Origin: Minisyncoccia bacterium
Lineage (GTDB): Bacteria; Patescibacteriota; Minisyncoccia; Phycocordibacterales; Phycocordibacteraceae
DNA length: 44,923 bases
Assembly (NCBI GenBank): GCA_038228545.1
Contig: JBBRPE010000001.1
Span: 1 to 44,923, forward strand
Direction: 5' to 3'
Positions 8,394-18,157 of this stretch are shown one piece after another. The notes under the pieces are model-generated. The model did no database searches. It saw nothing but the letters and a program-made list of their open reading frames with translations, and had not been told where the DNA came from. How positions within the stretch are numbered: the stretch's first letter is position 1; the number at the start of each line of letters is the position of its first letter. Made by a program: the position numbers and the translations under genes.

Positions 8394-9336
8394 ACTGATG
8401 AACGTTAGTTTCTTTGGTAATGCACACGCCCTCGCCGTTACAACGCTCAAACACACGCAACTTGGCACTGCGGGCGCGGGGGTTAGCAACAAGCTCCTCC
8501 GCGCTCGGTACAACCGGTTTACGCGTAATAACGGTGCCTTGGCCCGCGTACGCAGCGTCCTTGAGCACTGATTTCACAATCCGGTCCTCGATGCTGTGGA
8601 AGGTAATGACAGCGACACGTCCGCCCTGGGTAAGTCGTTCCATCGCCGCTGCAAGTCCTTCACGGAGTGCACCGAGCTCGTCATTAGTCGCAATACGGAG
8701 CGCCTGGAACGTCTTGGTAGCCGGGTGCAGACGACGATTACCGTACCAGCCCGGCGTACCACGCTCCACTGCCTCAGCGAGCACTTGAGTCGTAAGGATG
8801 CGAGTGTGTTTGCGAGTCTCTACAATCGAGCGCGCAATGCCGCGTGAGAAGCGTTCTTCTCCATAGGTATAAATCAGGTCAGCAAGTTCTTCCTCCGGAA
8901 GTGAATTCACGAGATCTGCCGCTGTCTTCCCTTGCTCTGGCTCGCCATAGGTCATGAGAAGTGGCTCATCAGCACGGAAGGAAAAGCCACGACCCGCAGA
9001 CAGTTGAAAACCATTCCAGCCAAGATCGAACAGTGCACGGTCGAGGCACGTGATATGCAACTCATCGAGAATAGTTCCTAAATTTCGGAAATTGTCCTTT
9101 ACCAAATGAAGTGTTGGGCCCGTACCTGCAAACTCTTCCACTACTTTCTGCGCACGTTCTATAGAAGCCTGATCGGCATCAATGCCAACGAGTGTTCCCT
9201 CTTTTCCGAGTGCGATAGCCATCTCGCGAAAATGGCCAGCAGCACCAAGCGTGCCATCTACAGCAACATCACCCGGACGTATGCCGAGTGCTTCGACAGC
9301 TTCATGGAGGAGGACAGTGTCGTGACGCGGTTCCAT
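8386..9336 (-). CDS. rsmH: 16S rRNA m4C1402 methyltransferase
   Basis: HDTVLLHE, DGTLGAAGH, HPATKTFQALRI, ITFHSIEDRIVK, NPRARSAKLR. Confidence 0.97.
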   Translation of the reverse strand: MEPRHDTVLLHEAVEALGIRPGDVAVDGTLGAAGHFREMAIALGKEGTLVGIDADQASIERAQKVVEEFAGTGPTLHLVKDNFRNLGTILDELHITCLDRALFDLGWNGFQLSAGRGFSFRADEPLLMTYGEPEQGKTAADLVNSLPEEELADLIYTYGEERFSRGIARSIVETRKHTRILTTQVLAEAVERGTPGWYGNRRLHPATKTFQALRIATNDELGALREGLAAAMERLTQGGRVAVITFHSIEDRIVKSVLKDAAYAGQGTVITRKPVVPSAEELVANPRARSAKLRVFERCNGEGVCITKETNVHQYV

Positions 9337-9341
9337 ATCTG

Positions 9342-9776
9342 TTACAGGGCGCCAGCTGTGCCGAGGCTCTCAGCAAATTCGTCAGCATCACGCTCCATGG
9401 CCTTCGTATACGTCATCCATGCTTTCTCGTCCCAGATTTCTACACGGTCATTCACACCCACAACAGCAGACTTTATGTTGAGACCTGCATAGCCCTTCAA
9501 GTAATCAGGAACGAGAATGCGTCCTGCGCTATCTACATCAGCTTCAGCGGCTCCCGAAAGCGAAAGACGCGACAATGCGCGTCCTGCTCTAGTACCGCTT
9601 GAATGGGCTGCCATGAGTTCGGCATGCTTCTTCCAAGCGGCCTTCGAAAATACGAAGAGACATCGGTCGAGACCACGCGTAACGACAACGTTTCCACCAA
9701 GCTCTTTGCGGAACTTGGAAGGAAGTGAGATGCGATTTTTTGTGTCGAATGTGTGGCGGTATTCTCCGATGAACAT
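9342..9776 (-). CDS. mraZ: Division/cell-wall cluster transcriptional regulator MraZ
   Basis: MFIGEYRHTFDTKNRISLP and DSAGRILVP AbrB-like repeats; start at ATG 9776. Confidence 0.96.
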   Translation of the reverse strand: MFIGEYRHTFDTKNRISLPSKFRKELGGNVVVTRGLDRCLFVFSKAAWKKHAELMAAHSSGTRAGRALSRLSLSGAAEADVDSAGRILVPDYLKGYAGLNIKSAVVGVNDRVEIWDEKAWMTYTKAMERDADEFAESLGTAGAL

Positions 9777-9827
9777 AGAAATTGAGTGAGGAGTAGGAAG
9801 TGCCGGCAAAGAAGAAAAACGACTCTT

Positions 9828-9872
9828 CCCACTTCATCCCACTGTATGGAATTATATGACACTTCACCCCAC
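9828..9872 (-). promoter_or_regulatory. MraZ-binding repeats
   Basis: GTGGG on minus strand at 9828-9832, 9838-9842 and 9868-9872 (GTGTC at 9858-9862), 10-bp periodicity upstream of mraZ. Confidence 0.75.
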
Positions 9873-9909
9873 CATCATACTGGTTATCCCCAGCAACTAT
9901 CTGTCTCTT

Positions 9910-9937
9910 TTGACAGTTCCAGCTGAATTCGTATACT
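9910..9937 (+). promoter_or_regulatory. Sigma70-type promoter
   Basis: TTGACA-N16-TATACT. Confidence 0.6.
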
Positions 9938-10165
9938 GAAACGGTAATGACTCAAGTAGTACACAACCTCAATTCTTGGATCCTAGCGATCTTCGTCTAC
10001 GTCGGCCTAGTTAGGCCGGTCGGGGTTTCGCTTGAGGTTTCCAAATAAGTAGAAAGAATTTGGAACTTGAAGGAAGACCCTGACCGAAAACGTCAGGGTC
10101 TTCTTCCGTATAGGAAACTGAGCCACGTTCTTTCAACCAAGGCCGTAGGGCCGCAACTCATAGGG

Positions 10166-10669
10166 ATGACGATGCTTACGCACACAACTACGATCTTTAC
10201 TGCTCATGAAATCAACAAGGCCGGAATACACGCGCTCAGCATCCTCGACAACCGGTACGCGCGGAAAACCGTACGCCTCCGGGGCGAAAACTTTTGCGCT
10301 CCCCAGAATTGCGTAGCGTTCGTAACGAGCGATCAGGTGCACTTTCCAAGTCGCTATATCCGCATACTGCCTCGGAGCGCCGTCGAAGGTACGAAGGCGC
10401 ACGAAGAACGTGCTCGACTTATGGACGCTATGCCATGGTTGCGAGTAACTGAATGTATCGTGGCCATCAATCCGTCACGGCTTACCGAAGGAGTGTGCAT
10501 GGACATAGGTTCCTCCTTGCATCTCACCGGCTTCACGAATGCTCTGGAACAATTGTGCGGATTCCGTCGTAACCGACTTTCAGATTCTTCCCGCACACCC
10601 GACCAGAAACGTGCGGCACGGATTAGGGCCACGCGGAATGCACGACGCGAGGAATTCCTCGAATCCTGA
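10166..10669 (+). CDS. Hypothetical protein
   Basis: ORF 10067..10669, ATG 10166 preferred; own promoter and terminator; no recognisable motif. Confidence 0.55.
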   Translation: MTMLTHTTTIFTAHEINKAGIHALSILDNRYARKTVRLRGENFCAPQNCVAFVTSDQVHFPSRYIRILPRSAVEGTKAHEERARLMDAMPWLRVTECIVAINPSRLTEGVCMDIGSSLHLTGFTNALEQLCGFRRNRLSDSSRTPDQKRAARIRATRNARREEFLES

Positions 10670-10696
10670 ACCAAACGGTCGGCAACCGAAAATGCC

Positions 10697-10725
10697 AAAG
10701 GGCGGTCCTCACGGACCGCCCTTTT
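10697..10725. terminator. Intrinsic terminator, probably bidirectional
   Basis: AAAGGGCGGTCC-TCAC-GGACCGCCCTTTT between convergent genes. Confidence 0.85.
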
Positions 10726-10748
10726 AGCTAACTTTTTTCGACGCTCGA

Positions 10749-11219
10749 CTAAGCAACTTTTTCAATCGTGTACGTCTGCTTCCCGTTAGGAGTTTCGAAG
10801 GTGAACACGTCTCCTTTCTTTTTTCCCATGATGGCCGCGCCGAGTGGCGAGACGTGCGAAAGCTTATGTGCTCGCATGTCTGCTTCCTCGCTTCCGACGA
10901 TGGTGTACTCGTGGATATCACCCCCACTATCCTTCTTGATAGCGACGGACGAACCGAATCCAACGATATCTTTCTTCTTACCATCCGTCATGATGTGCGC
11001 ACGCTTCACGAGCTCCTCGAGCTTGCGGATACGCTCCTCGGTTGCAGCCTGAAGGTCACGTGCCTCTTGGTATTCTGCATTCTCGGAAAGATCTCCCAGG
11101 CTGCGGGCATATTCGAGATTCTTTGCAATCTCAGTGCGGCGCACGGTCTTGAGTGTCTCGAGTTCTCCGAGCATCTCGTCGAACTTTTCTTGGCTCACTA
11201 CTGTATCCTGGTCGGTCAT
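10749..11219 (-). CDS. greA: Transcription elongation factor GreA
   Basis: GDLSENAEYQEAR and SPLGAAIMGKKKGD; start MTDQD at 11219. Confidence 0.96.
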   Translation of the reverse strand: MTDQDTVVSQEKFDEMLGELETLKTVRRTEIAKNLEYARSLGDLSENAEYQEARDLQAATEERIRKLEELVKRAHIMTDGKKKDIVGFGSSVAIKKDSGGDIHEYTIVGSEEADMRAHKLSHVSPLGAAIMGKKKGDVFTFETPNGKQTYTIEKVA

Positions 11220-11312
11220 GTGAAATAACGTTGTAACTAATGCGTAAGGGTATTGTACGGGAGCGCCACCGCGCGTCAACAATGGGGACAATTGCGTATG
11301 TTGTACGGCCTA

Positions 11313-12983
11313 CTATTGAAAGTACTCAGGCGCCGTCTGGTGCAGTTCTTCTAGAGCTTGATGCACCGCATAGATGCCTCCTAACAGGTTGCCTGATGGG
11401 CCGTGTTCCATTACGACGACATAGACATACTTCGGATGCTCGTAGGGAAAGAAACCAACTGCCCAGGAGTTATAAAATTCATTATGAAAACCAAGCTGAG
11501 CGGTACCGGTCTTGCCGGCAACATGTACAAAGGAAAGATCTGAGAGACCGACAGACGTACCTTCGGTTGCTCCCATACGCATTCCTTCACGCACCACCTG
11601 AAGTGCTTCAGGAGAAACGGCAATCGATTCTCCCTGTGGGGCCTGCCCAGTAAGAATCGTCGGCTTTATAAGTTTGCCACCGTTAGCAACCGCTGCGATA
11701 GCACGCGCAGCTTCCAGTGGCGTCACTTGTACCGCATACTGCCCGATTGCCGTATGGTACGTGTCGCCAATGCGCCACGGCTCGCCGAGTGTTTTCTGTT
11801 TCCATGCAGGAGTTGGAAGGAATCCGGATGCTTCACGCGGAAGCTCAATTCCCGTTGGTTTTTCAAACCCATAGGTGCGAAACCAGTAGTCGAGCCTATC
11901 GATACCAAGACCTTTCTGGCCACCGAATCCCCCACCGACGGTATAGAAGTAGACGTCGGATGAGTAGGCAATTGCACGTCGCAAATCCTCAACACCGAGC
12001 GCTTTCCAGTCTTTGAAAATAGACGGATGTGCCGGGTCATAGACATTGGGGACCGAAATCGAGCCTGTGTCATTAATGGTAAAGGACGGCGTGATAATGC
12101 CATCTGTGAGCGCTCCAGAGGCTTCCAGTGGCTTCACGATGGAACCTGGTGTGTAGAGACCGGATACGGCACGGTCGAGGTAGGGCTGACGAGAATCAGT
12201 CGAGTAGCCGGCAATTACATCCGACGGCCCTCCTGAGGAGAGTACATTTGGGTCATATTCGGGATAGGAAACGAGTGCGCGCACTTCCCCGGTCTGCACA
12301 TCCATGAGAATGCCCGAACCCCCCTGGAATGGAATCTTGTCGGCAAGTTGTGAAATGGCATGATAGAAGGCAAGTTGCGCATGCTCGTCAATTGAGAGCG
12401 TGAGATTCTGACCGTTCTCGGGGGGAGCAACCGTTCCTTCTGAATGAGTCTTGCCGAGTGCATCTTCCTCAACGAGCAGTGTTCCGTTCTTTCCAGCGAG
12501 CGTGCTGTTGAACGCAGCTTCAAGACCGGCAAGTCCCGTAATATCCGTATCATAGTAGTGACCGGACTTATCTTTCTTTGGGTACGATACGTAGCCGAGC
12601 AAGTGTGCAAAACCCGGTGTCTTATACATGCGCTTCACGAAACCGTTTTCCCCTGCTTCATTCGATACGAGCGGCAGACCATTTCTATCGAGAATTGCGC
12701 CGCGCTCAGCAAAGAGCACGCCAGGACGAAGGCGATTCTTTTCGCTTTGCTGCGCATAACTCGAACCTTTCAGTACTTCGAGGTTTGCTGCTTGCGCAAC
12801 GAGTGCAAAAAATATAAGTACGGTTACGACACCAATACCAAAAAGTGTTTTTTCAGAGATTGGCTTCTCGAGCCTTCCTTCAAGTCGGTTCTTATCGAAA
12901 TCGGGAAGGTTCGACGAATCCAGAAAGATTTCGTCCGGATTGAGGTCTGGCTTCTGTCGTTTTCGTCGTTTCCCGAAGAGCAT
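11313..12983 (-). CDS. mrdA: Penicillin-binding protein 2 (elongation)
   Basis: SIVK, SSD and KTG motifs; follows mreBC(D). Confidence 0.9.
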   Translation of the reverse strand: MLFGKRRKRQKPDLNPDEIFLDSSNLPDFDKNRLEGRLEKPISEKTLFGIGVVTVLIFFALVAQAANLEVLKGSSYAQQSEKNRLRPGVLFAERGAILDRNGLPLVSNEAGENGFVKRMYKTPGFAHLLGYVSYPKKDKSGHYYDTDITGLAGLEAAFNSTLAGKNGTLLVEEDALGKTHSEGTVAPPENGQNLTLSIDEHAQLAFYHAISQLADKIPFQGGSGILMDVQTGEVRALVSYPEYDPNVLSSGGPSDVIAGYSTDSRQPYLDRAVSGLYTPGSIVKPLEASGALTDGIITPSFTINDTGSISVPNVYDPAHPSIFKDWKALGVEDLRRAIAYSSDVYFYTVGGGFGGQKGLGIDRLDYWFRTYGFEKPTGIELPREASGFLPTPAWKQKTLGEPWRIGDTYHTAIGQYAVQVTPLEAARAIAAVANGGKLIKPTILTGQAPQGESIAVSPEALQVVREGMRMGATEGTSVGLSDLSFVHVAGKTGTAQLGFHNEFYNSWAVGFFPYEHPKYVYVVVMEHGPSGNLLGGIYAVHQALEELHQTAPEYFQ

Positions 12984-13237
12984 TACTCCATAATACGCGT
13001 TTTGATGAACTGGTGCACCACGTAGCCAATTCCGCTTACGAGTGCCCCAATAATCGTGGCGTACGGTATGCCGGTAGCAGGTGAATTATAGAGAATATCC
13101 ATCATAATTCCGACCACAATTCCGAGCGGAGGAAACACGACAGAAGCGAGCGCGGCAGTGACAAGCGTAACCACCCACGGAAACACAAACGGAGAAATAA
13201 GCGCAAGTATCGTAGCCAGTATACGACTGTACGACAT
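12983..13237 (-). CDS. Small membrane protein, MreD-like
   Basis: 84 aa, hydrophobic, GIMMD motif; lies between mreC and mrdA. Confidence 0.55.
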   Translation of the reverse strand: MSYSRILATILALISPFVFPWVVTLVTAALASVVFPPLGIVVGIMMDILYNSPATGIPYATIIGALVSGIGYVVHQFIKTRIME

Positions 13238-13239
13238 AG

Positions 13240-14034
13240 CTAGGGAGCAATCTCAACCCAGGTAAGTGAAAAGAGATTTGCGTAGGGCGCGATATGAATG
13301 ATGTCGCGAGGCGATGACGGATTCGAATCGATACGCACCACCGTACCAATAGGAAGCGCACCTGGGCCCGGTACGTACACGACCGCATTCAGCGCAACAC
13401 CACTGTCGCGTGGAAGTGTCGCTTCGAACACTCCTGCTCCTTTCCCCGTTAGCGTTATCGGTACCCGCGTGTCCCCCACCCAACCTTCCGTCGTACGACC
13501 ACCTGTGGAAAAAAGTTCAATCCGCGCGGAAACATCGGTGACGTTTGCCATGGTCCCAAGCGGCACACCGCCCGGACCAAACGCAATCGCTCCCACATGT
13601 ACACCTTTCGTACTTCCTGCATCAACGATTATGGTGTCATACGGTGAGACAGGTGGACGTGCCAGTACTCCGGCAAGAATACGGCGCGACGTTTCCGGTG
13701 TTGTGCCAATAAGTCGCTTCAAATCATCGATTTGTGCGGCGAGTGTTCGATTCTCTTCATGGAGAGCCAGATTCTCATCCGCGTACTGGTTGCGCTCGCG
13801 TGTTAATTCGGATGAATTGCCAAAGAGAGATGTTGCACCCAGAGTTGCTCCCGTAAGACCGTTACCCAGCATCCAGAACGGAGACGCACTTCGAGCGACA
13901 AAGCCAGGTACGACAAATTGCAGAACTACCAGCAAAAGTGCAAAAAAAAGAATGACGCCACTACCAAGGAATACCCCTGGCGGGATAAGGGAGTTACGCC
14001 TTCGGTATGAATTATCGTTCCGAAACAATGGCAT
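13240..14034 (-). CDS. mreC: Rod shape-determining protein MreC
   Basis: TM, coiled coil, then IIVDAGSTKGV beta domain; follows mreB. Confidence 0.88.
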   Translation of the reverse strand: MPLFRNDNSYRRRNSLIPPGVFLGSGVILFFALLLVVLQFVVPGFVARSASPFWMLGNGLTGATLGATSLFGNSSELTRERNQYADENLALHEENRTLAAQIDDLKRLIGTTPETSRRILAGVLARPPVSPYDTIIVDAGSTKGVHVGAIAFGPGGVPLGTMANVTDVSARIELFSTGGRTTEGWVGDTRVPITLTGKGAGVFEATLPRDSGVALNAVVYVPGPGALPIGTVVRIDSNPSSPRDIIHIAPYANLFSLTWVEIAP

Positions 14035-15070
14035 CTTCGTGCATAAAAGCTTCTGACCACGGGCGAGGGTCTTCCGTCACAATACCGGTACCCCGTACGA
14101 CCGCAGTAAGAGGGTCAGGCGCAACGTGCACCGGCACACCGAGCATCTTTGCAAGAAGCTCCGGCAACCCGCGCAAGAGGGCTCCTCCGCCAAAGACAGT
14201 GACACCACGTTCAAGAACGTCGGAAAGAAGTTCGGGAGGTGTGTTTTCAATCACCTCCTTCATTGCTTCCATAAGACTGTCGAGAGACGGAGCGAGCGCT
14301 TCGCGAATGTGTGAATCCGTAAGAATAATCTCGCGTGGGAGTCCTGTTGCAAGGTCGCGACCGCGGACAGCACGCTCAAGTGGTTCATCGAGTTCCAACA
14401 CAGCACCAATACCTATCTTCGTATCCTCCGCCGTCTTCTCGCCTATGGCGAGCTGAAACTCGCTCCGTACGTAGTCGATAATATTTTCATTGAAACGGTC
14501 GCCAGCTACATGCGAGGACTTGCTTGCAACCGTGCCACCGAGAGACAGGACAGCGATGTCAGTTGTACCACCACCGATATCGAGCACCATAGTGCCTATT
14601 GCCTCCGTGATAGGTAGCTTTGCACCGATAGCTCCTGCCATAGGCTCTTCCATGATATACACCTCGCGTGCTCCTGCGGTGAGCGCTGCATCGCGCACAG
14701 CTCTGCTTTCAACGTTGGTAACACCGGTTGGTACGCCAATCACGACACGCGGTCCCAGAAGTCGGGAATGGCCTCCCTGTGCCTTATTAATCAAGTACGC
14801 CAGCAATTCTTCTGTCACCTCAAAATCTGAAATGACTCCATGCGATAGCGGACGCACGGCACGGATGTGCGGGGGCGTTTTTCCGAGCATGACTTTTGCT
14901 TCCTTACCGACAGCGACCACCTGTCCTGTTTTTTCATTCAGTGTGACAACTGAAGGCTCATCAATAACAATGCCTCGACCACGAACATACACCAGCGTAT
15001 TGGCGGTACCGAGATCAATACCGATATCGCTCGAGAAGAGCGAATTACGAGAAAAACGTTTCTTAGCCAT
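14012..15070 (-). CDS. mreB: Rod shape-determining protein MreB
   Basis: GIDLGTANT, EEPMAGAIGA, DIGGGTTD, GGGALL. Confidence 0.96.
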   Translation of the reverse strand: MAKKRFSRNSLFSSDIGIDLGTANTLVYVRGRGIVIDEPSVVTLNEKTGQVVAVGKEAKVMLGKTPPHIRAVRPLSHGVISDFEVTEELLAYLINKAQGGHSRLLGPRVVIGVPTGVTNVESRAVRDAALTAGAREVYIMEEPMAGAIGAKLPITEAIGTMVLDIGGGTTDIAVLSLGGTVASKSSHVAGDRFNENIIDYVRSEFQLAIGEKTAEDTKIGIGAVLELDEPLERAVRGRDLATGLPREIILTDSHIREALAPSLDSLMEAMKEVIENTPPELLSDVLERGVTVFGGGALLRGLPELLAKMLGVPVHVAPDPLTAVVRGTGIVTEDPRPWSEAFMHEDAIVSER

Positions 15071-15071
15071 A

Positions 15072-16307
15072 CTAGAGTGCGAGGACTTCTTCGCGAGAAA
15101 TCTTTTTCACCTCACCGGTTGCGCGGTGCACGAGCTCGACCGTGCCCTCTTTTAACGTGTCTCTTCCGACAATGAGACGCCACGGAATGCCAATGAGGTC
15201 GGAGTCGTTAAACTTTTCTCCAGCACGCGCATCACGGTCGTCATAGAGAACGTTGGATTCACCCAAATCCGTATACAGACTGTCGGCGCACGCGACCACC
15301 TCAGCATCTGTAGAAAGTGAGAGTAAATGGAATTTGAACGGTGCAACTGATTCTGGCCACACCATGCCTTTATCGTCTGCAAAGATTTCTACGATAGTAC
15401 CCATGAGACGTGTAATACCGATACCGTACGAGCCAAGATGCACGGGAATCTCCTCCCCCGCTTCGTTCGTGTAAAAAAGTCCGAGGTCCTTTGACTTCAT
15501 GCCACCAAAGTTGAAGATGTTGCCTACTTCAATGGTCTTTACTTCTTCGAGCTCATCGCGAGAGACGCCAAGTAGGGTCATCACTTCCTCTGTAAGCACC
15601 TCCTTATTGATGGCTATCTTCTTTGCACGGTTGATATAGACCAAATCCTCGCCTACGTCAGACTCTGTCTGGAATTCGTGAGAAAACTGCGTAAACGCGC
15701 CGCCGGACGCAAACGTCACAAAGGTCTTATCGCCCAGGCCCACGCGATTAAATACGCGCATGTACGCTTCAATAGTCGCATTGTAAAAGGCGGTGTGTGT
15801 CGCTTCGTCAGTGTTGTAGGAATACATATCCTTCATAACGAATTCGCGTCCGCGCATGATGCCGGACTTTGAACGAAGCTCGTTACGGAACTTTGTCTGG
15901 AATTGATATACGTATGCAGGAAGGTCGCGATAGCTGTGCACGAACTGCTTCATCATGTCGGTGATAGGTTCTTCATGTGACCACCCAAACCCGAGCTCTG
16001 CACCATTCTTAAGTGCAGACTTAAACCACACATCGACGTTCTTATCGTCCCAACGGTCGGTTACCTCCCAAAGTTCTTTGCGCTGGAGCGCGGTCATGAT
16101 GAGCTCTTGCCCACCGACGCCATCCATTTCCTCACGGACGATGGATTTAATATTCTCGAGTACTTTTATGCCGAGCGGCAGATACGCATACACGCCAGCC
16201 ATTTCTTTGTGTACAAAGCCAGCACGAATGAGAAGCTGCGCATTCTTCGCTTCTTCATCTTTTGGCGCTTCACGCCTGGTCTTCGTAAATAGCTTGCTCT
16301 GTCTCAT
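15072..16307 (-). CDS. proS: Proline--tRNA ligase (short form without editing insertion)
   Basis: MRQSKLF, QTKFRNELR..GIMRGREFVMKDMYS, GSYGIGITR, anticodon-binding DLIGIP; 411 aa. Confidence 0.93.
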   Translation of the reverse strand: MRQSKLFTKTRREAPKDEEAKNAQLLIRAGFVHKEMAGVYAYLPLGIKVLENIKSIVREEMDGVGGQELIMTALQRKELWEVTDRWDDKNVDVWFKSALKNGAELGFGWSHEEPITDMMKQFVHSYRDLPAYVYQFQTKFRNELRSKSGIMRGREFVMKDMYSYNTDEATHTAFYNATIEAYMRVFNRVGLGDKTFVTFASGGAFTQFSHEFQTESDVGEDLVYINRAKKIAINKEVLTEEVMTLLGVSRDELEEVKTIEVGNIFNFGGMKSKDLGLFYTNEAGEEIPVHLGSYGIGITRLMGTIVEIFADDKGMVWPESVAPFKFHLLSLSTDAEVVACADSLYTDLGESNVLYDDRDARAGEKFNDSDLIGIPWRLIVGRDTLKEGTVELVHRATGEVKKISREEVLAL

Positions 16308-16351
16308 ATCGTCACACCAGTATACGACTCATCTGGGTGCGGTCAAAAAAC

Positions 16352-17461
16352 CTAGTGAGGCAAGTATTTGATAAGATCGTGCCCGGTCACCACGACCATA
16401 AGTAGGATAAGAAGTCCGAACCCAATCATATTTACCGTCCGTGCGGCTGCGGCAGGAAGGGGCCGTCGGATAACTACTTCAATAAGAACAAAAAGTAGAC
16501 GTCCGCCATCAAGCGCTGGAAACGGCAGGATGTTTATAAGCGCCAAGTTTATAGAAATAATAGCCGTGAGCGAAAGAAGCGCTGCGAGGCCGTGCGCAGA
16601 TGCATTCCCCACTGCCCCCGCAATACCAATAGGGCCCGAGACTTGCGAGAGGTCCGCCGAGAATGTCGCAAGACCGTAGAAGAAGTGGACAAGACCCTGG
16701 GCAGTTTCTTTCGTTAATTCCCACGTTATTTTGGCACCCTCCCATGGAGCCTCGAGGAGCGGAACGGGAATGACGCCAGTAAGCGCGACAGCTACACCAA
16801 GCGCCGGTCGAGATACATCGGTGGTAATAATGCCCACACGCGGGGTTGTCGTTATAGACACCTCCTTATCGCCACGGCCAACCTTGAGCGTGATTGACTC
16901 TCCGCTCGTATCCTTCGCAACGAAAGCAGTGAACTCACTCGGGCTACTCCCACTCCACTGTTCTGTACCAAAAGAAGCACTGCGAATGGCGTCGCCTGCG
17001 GCAAGTCCCGCGTCGGCAGCAGGTGAGCCAGGAAGAACGTCTGCAACAAGGAGCGAGACGTTTTGTGCTGAGGCTATTTCGGAAGGGTCAATAGCGCGGG
17101 CAGTACCGAGCGCGAGCGTCGCGGAAAGTAGCACCCACGCGAAGACCAGATTCATCGCGATGCCGGCAATGAGGACAAGTATCTGTAGCGGCACCGGACG
17201 GGACGCAAACGAGCGCTTACTGTCTGCAGTTGCAGCCACCCTATCTTCCTCATCTTCTCCGTAGATACGCACAAAACCGCCGAATGGAAGCCAGTTCAGG
17301 GTGTATTCCGTCTCCCCTTTTTTAAAACCCCATGCGCGCGGCGGATAGCCAATACCAAACTCGTCCACGCGCATCCCCGAAAGTTTTGCGACGATGAAAT
17401 GACCAAGTTCGTGCACAACAATGAGTGCAACCAAAACTAGAATAAAGAGGAGTAGTGTCAT
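16352..17461 (-). CDS. rseP: Site-2 protease RseP with PDZ domain
   Basis: HELGH, LPFGGFV, GSPAADAGL, NILPFPALDGG. Confidence 0.94.
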   Translation of the reverse strand: MTLLLFILVLVALIVVHELGHFIVAKLSGMRVDEFGIGYPPRAWGFKKGETEYTLNWLPFGGFVRIYGEDEEDRVAATADSKRSFASRPVPLQILVLIAGIAMNLVFAWVLLSATLALGTARAIDPSEIASAQNVSLLVADVLPGSPAADAGLAAGDAIRSASFGTEQWSGSSPSEFTAFVAKDTSGESITLKVGRGDKEVSITTTPRVGIITTDVSRPALGVAVALTGVIPVPLLEAPWEGAKITWELTKETAQGLVHFFYGLATFSADLSQVSGPIGIAGAVGNASAHGLAALLSLTAIISINLALINILPFPALDGGRLLFVLIEVVIRRPLPAAAARTVNMIGFGLLILLMVVVTGHDLIKYLPH

Positions 17462-17487
17462 GTGTTGATGAGTGTACTACAGGCGAA

Positions 17488-17588
17488 GCAATGAATGCGA
17501 TTTTTAGGGCTCTCGGAGTGCGACGGCGCGAGAGCGAGCTGATTTCTCAGCAGAGAAATACAGCGTACCTAAAAATCGCATTGATTGC
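17488..17588. repeat. 101-bp palindromic intergenic element
   Basis: 21-bp terminal inverted repeats (17488-17508 / 17568-17588, 1 mismatch) enclosing two hairpins. Confidence 0.8.
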
Positions 17589-17594
17589 GGAGTC

Positions 17595-18146
17595 CTAATT
17601 AGCTATCTCAGCTTCCTTTTTCTTACCAAGTGCATCAAGCGCTTCGTTCGCTTTGTCGATAAGTTTCTGAAGTTCTTCCTTGTAACGAGCGAGATCATCC
17701 TTACCCATACCACCTTCTTTCTCGCTTGCTTCAAGCTCCTTCATTGCGTCCGTACGGTGACCACGTAGCGTCACACGAGCCTGTTCGTGTTTATCCTTTG
17801 CCATTTTTTGTAGCATGACGCGTCGTTCGCTCGTAAGTTCCGGAAACGTAACACGCACCCCTTGGTCGTCCGCGCCCACGCCGATACCGAGATTCGCGTC
17901 TGTAATAGCTTTTTCTATCGACTTGATGACACTCTTGTCCCACGGAATAACGCGGAGCGAGCGAGCGTCCTCGACCGTAATAGAACCCATCTGAGATACT
18001 GGCGTCGAGACGCCGTACGCATCCGCCCGAACGTTATCGAGAATAGACGCTGACGCTCGTCCGGTACGAATGGTCGCGAACTCGCGTCCGAGCCATTCTT
18101 CAGTTTCCTTTATATGTGCGCTGAGATCTTTAAAGTCGTAAGCCAT
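17595..18146 (-). CDS. frr: Ribosome recycling factor
   Basis: IRTGRAS, IEKAITDANLG, PELTSERR. Confidence 0.96.
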   Translation of the reverse strand: MAYDFKDLSAHIKETEEWLGREFATIRTGRASASILDNVRADAYGVSTPVSQMGSITVEDARSLRVIPWDKSVIKSIEKAITDANLGIGVGADDQGVRVTFPELTSERRVMLQKMAKDKHEQARVTLRGHRTDAMKELEASEKEGGMGKDDLARYKEELQKLIDKANEALDALGKKKEAEIAN

Positions 18147-18157
18147 AGTGTATGTAC

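Noticed and set aside
9884-9892. DnaA-box-like TTATCCCCA
   Set aside because: Single mismatched box with no cluster or other oriC context.
13298-17264. Long + strand ORFs antisense to mreC, mreB and rseP
   Set aside because: Shadow frames of well-supported minus-strand genes.
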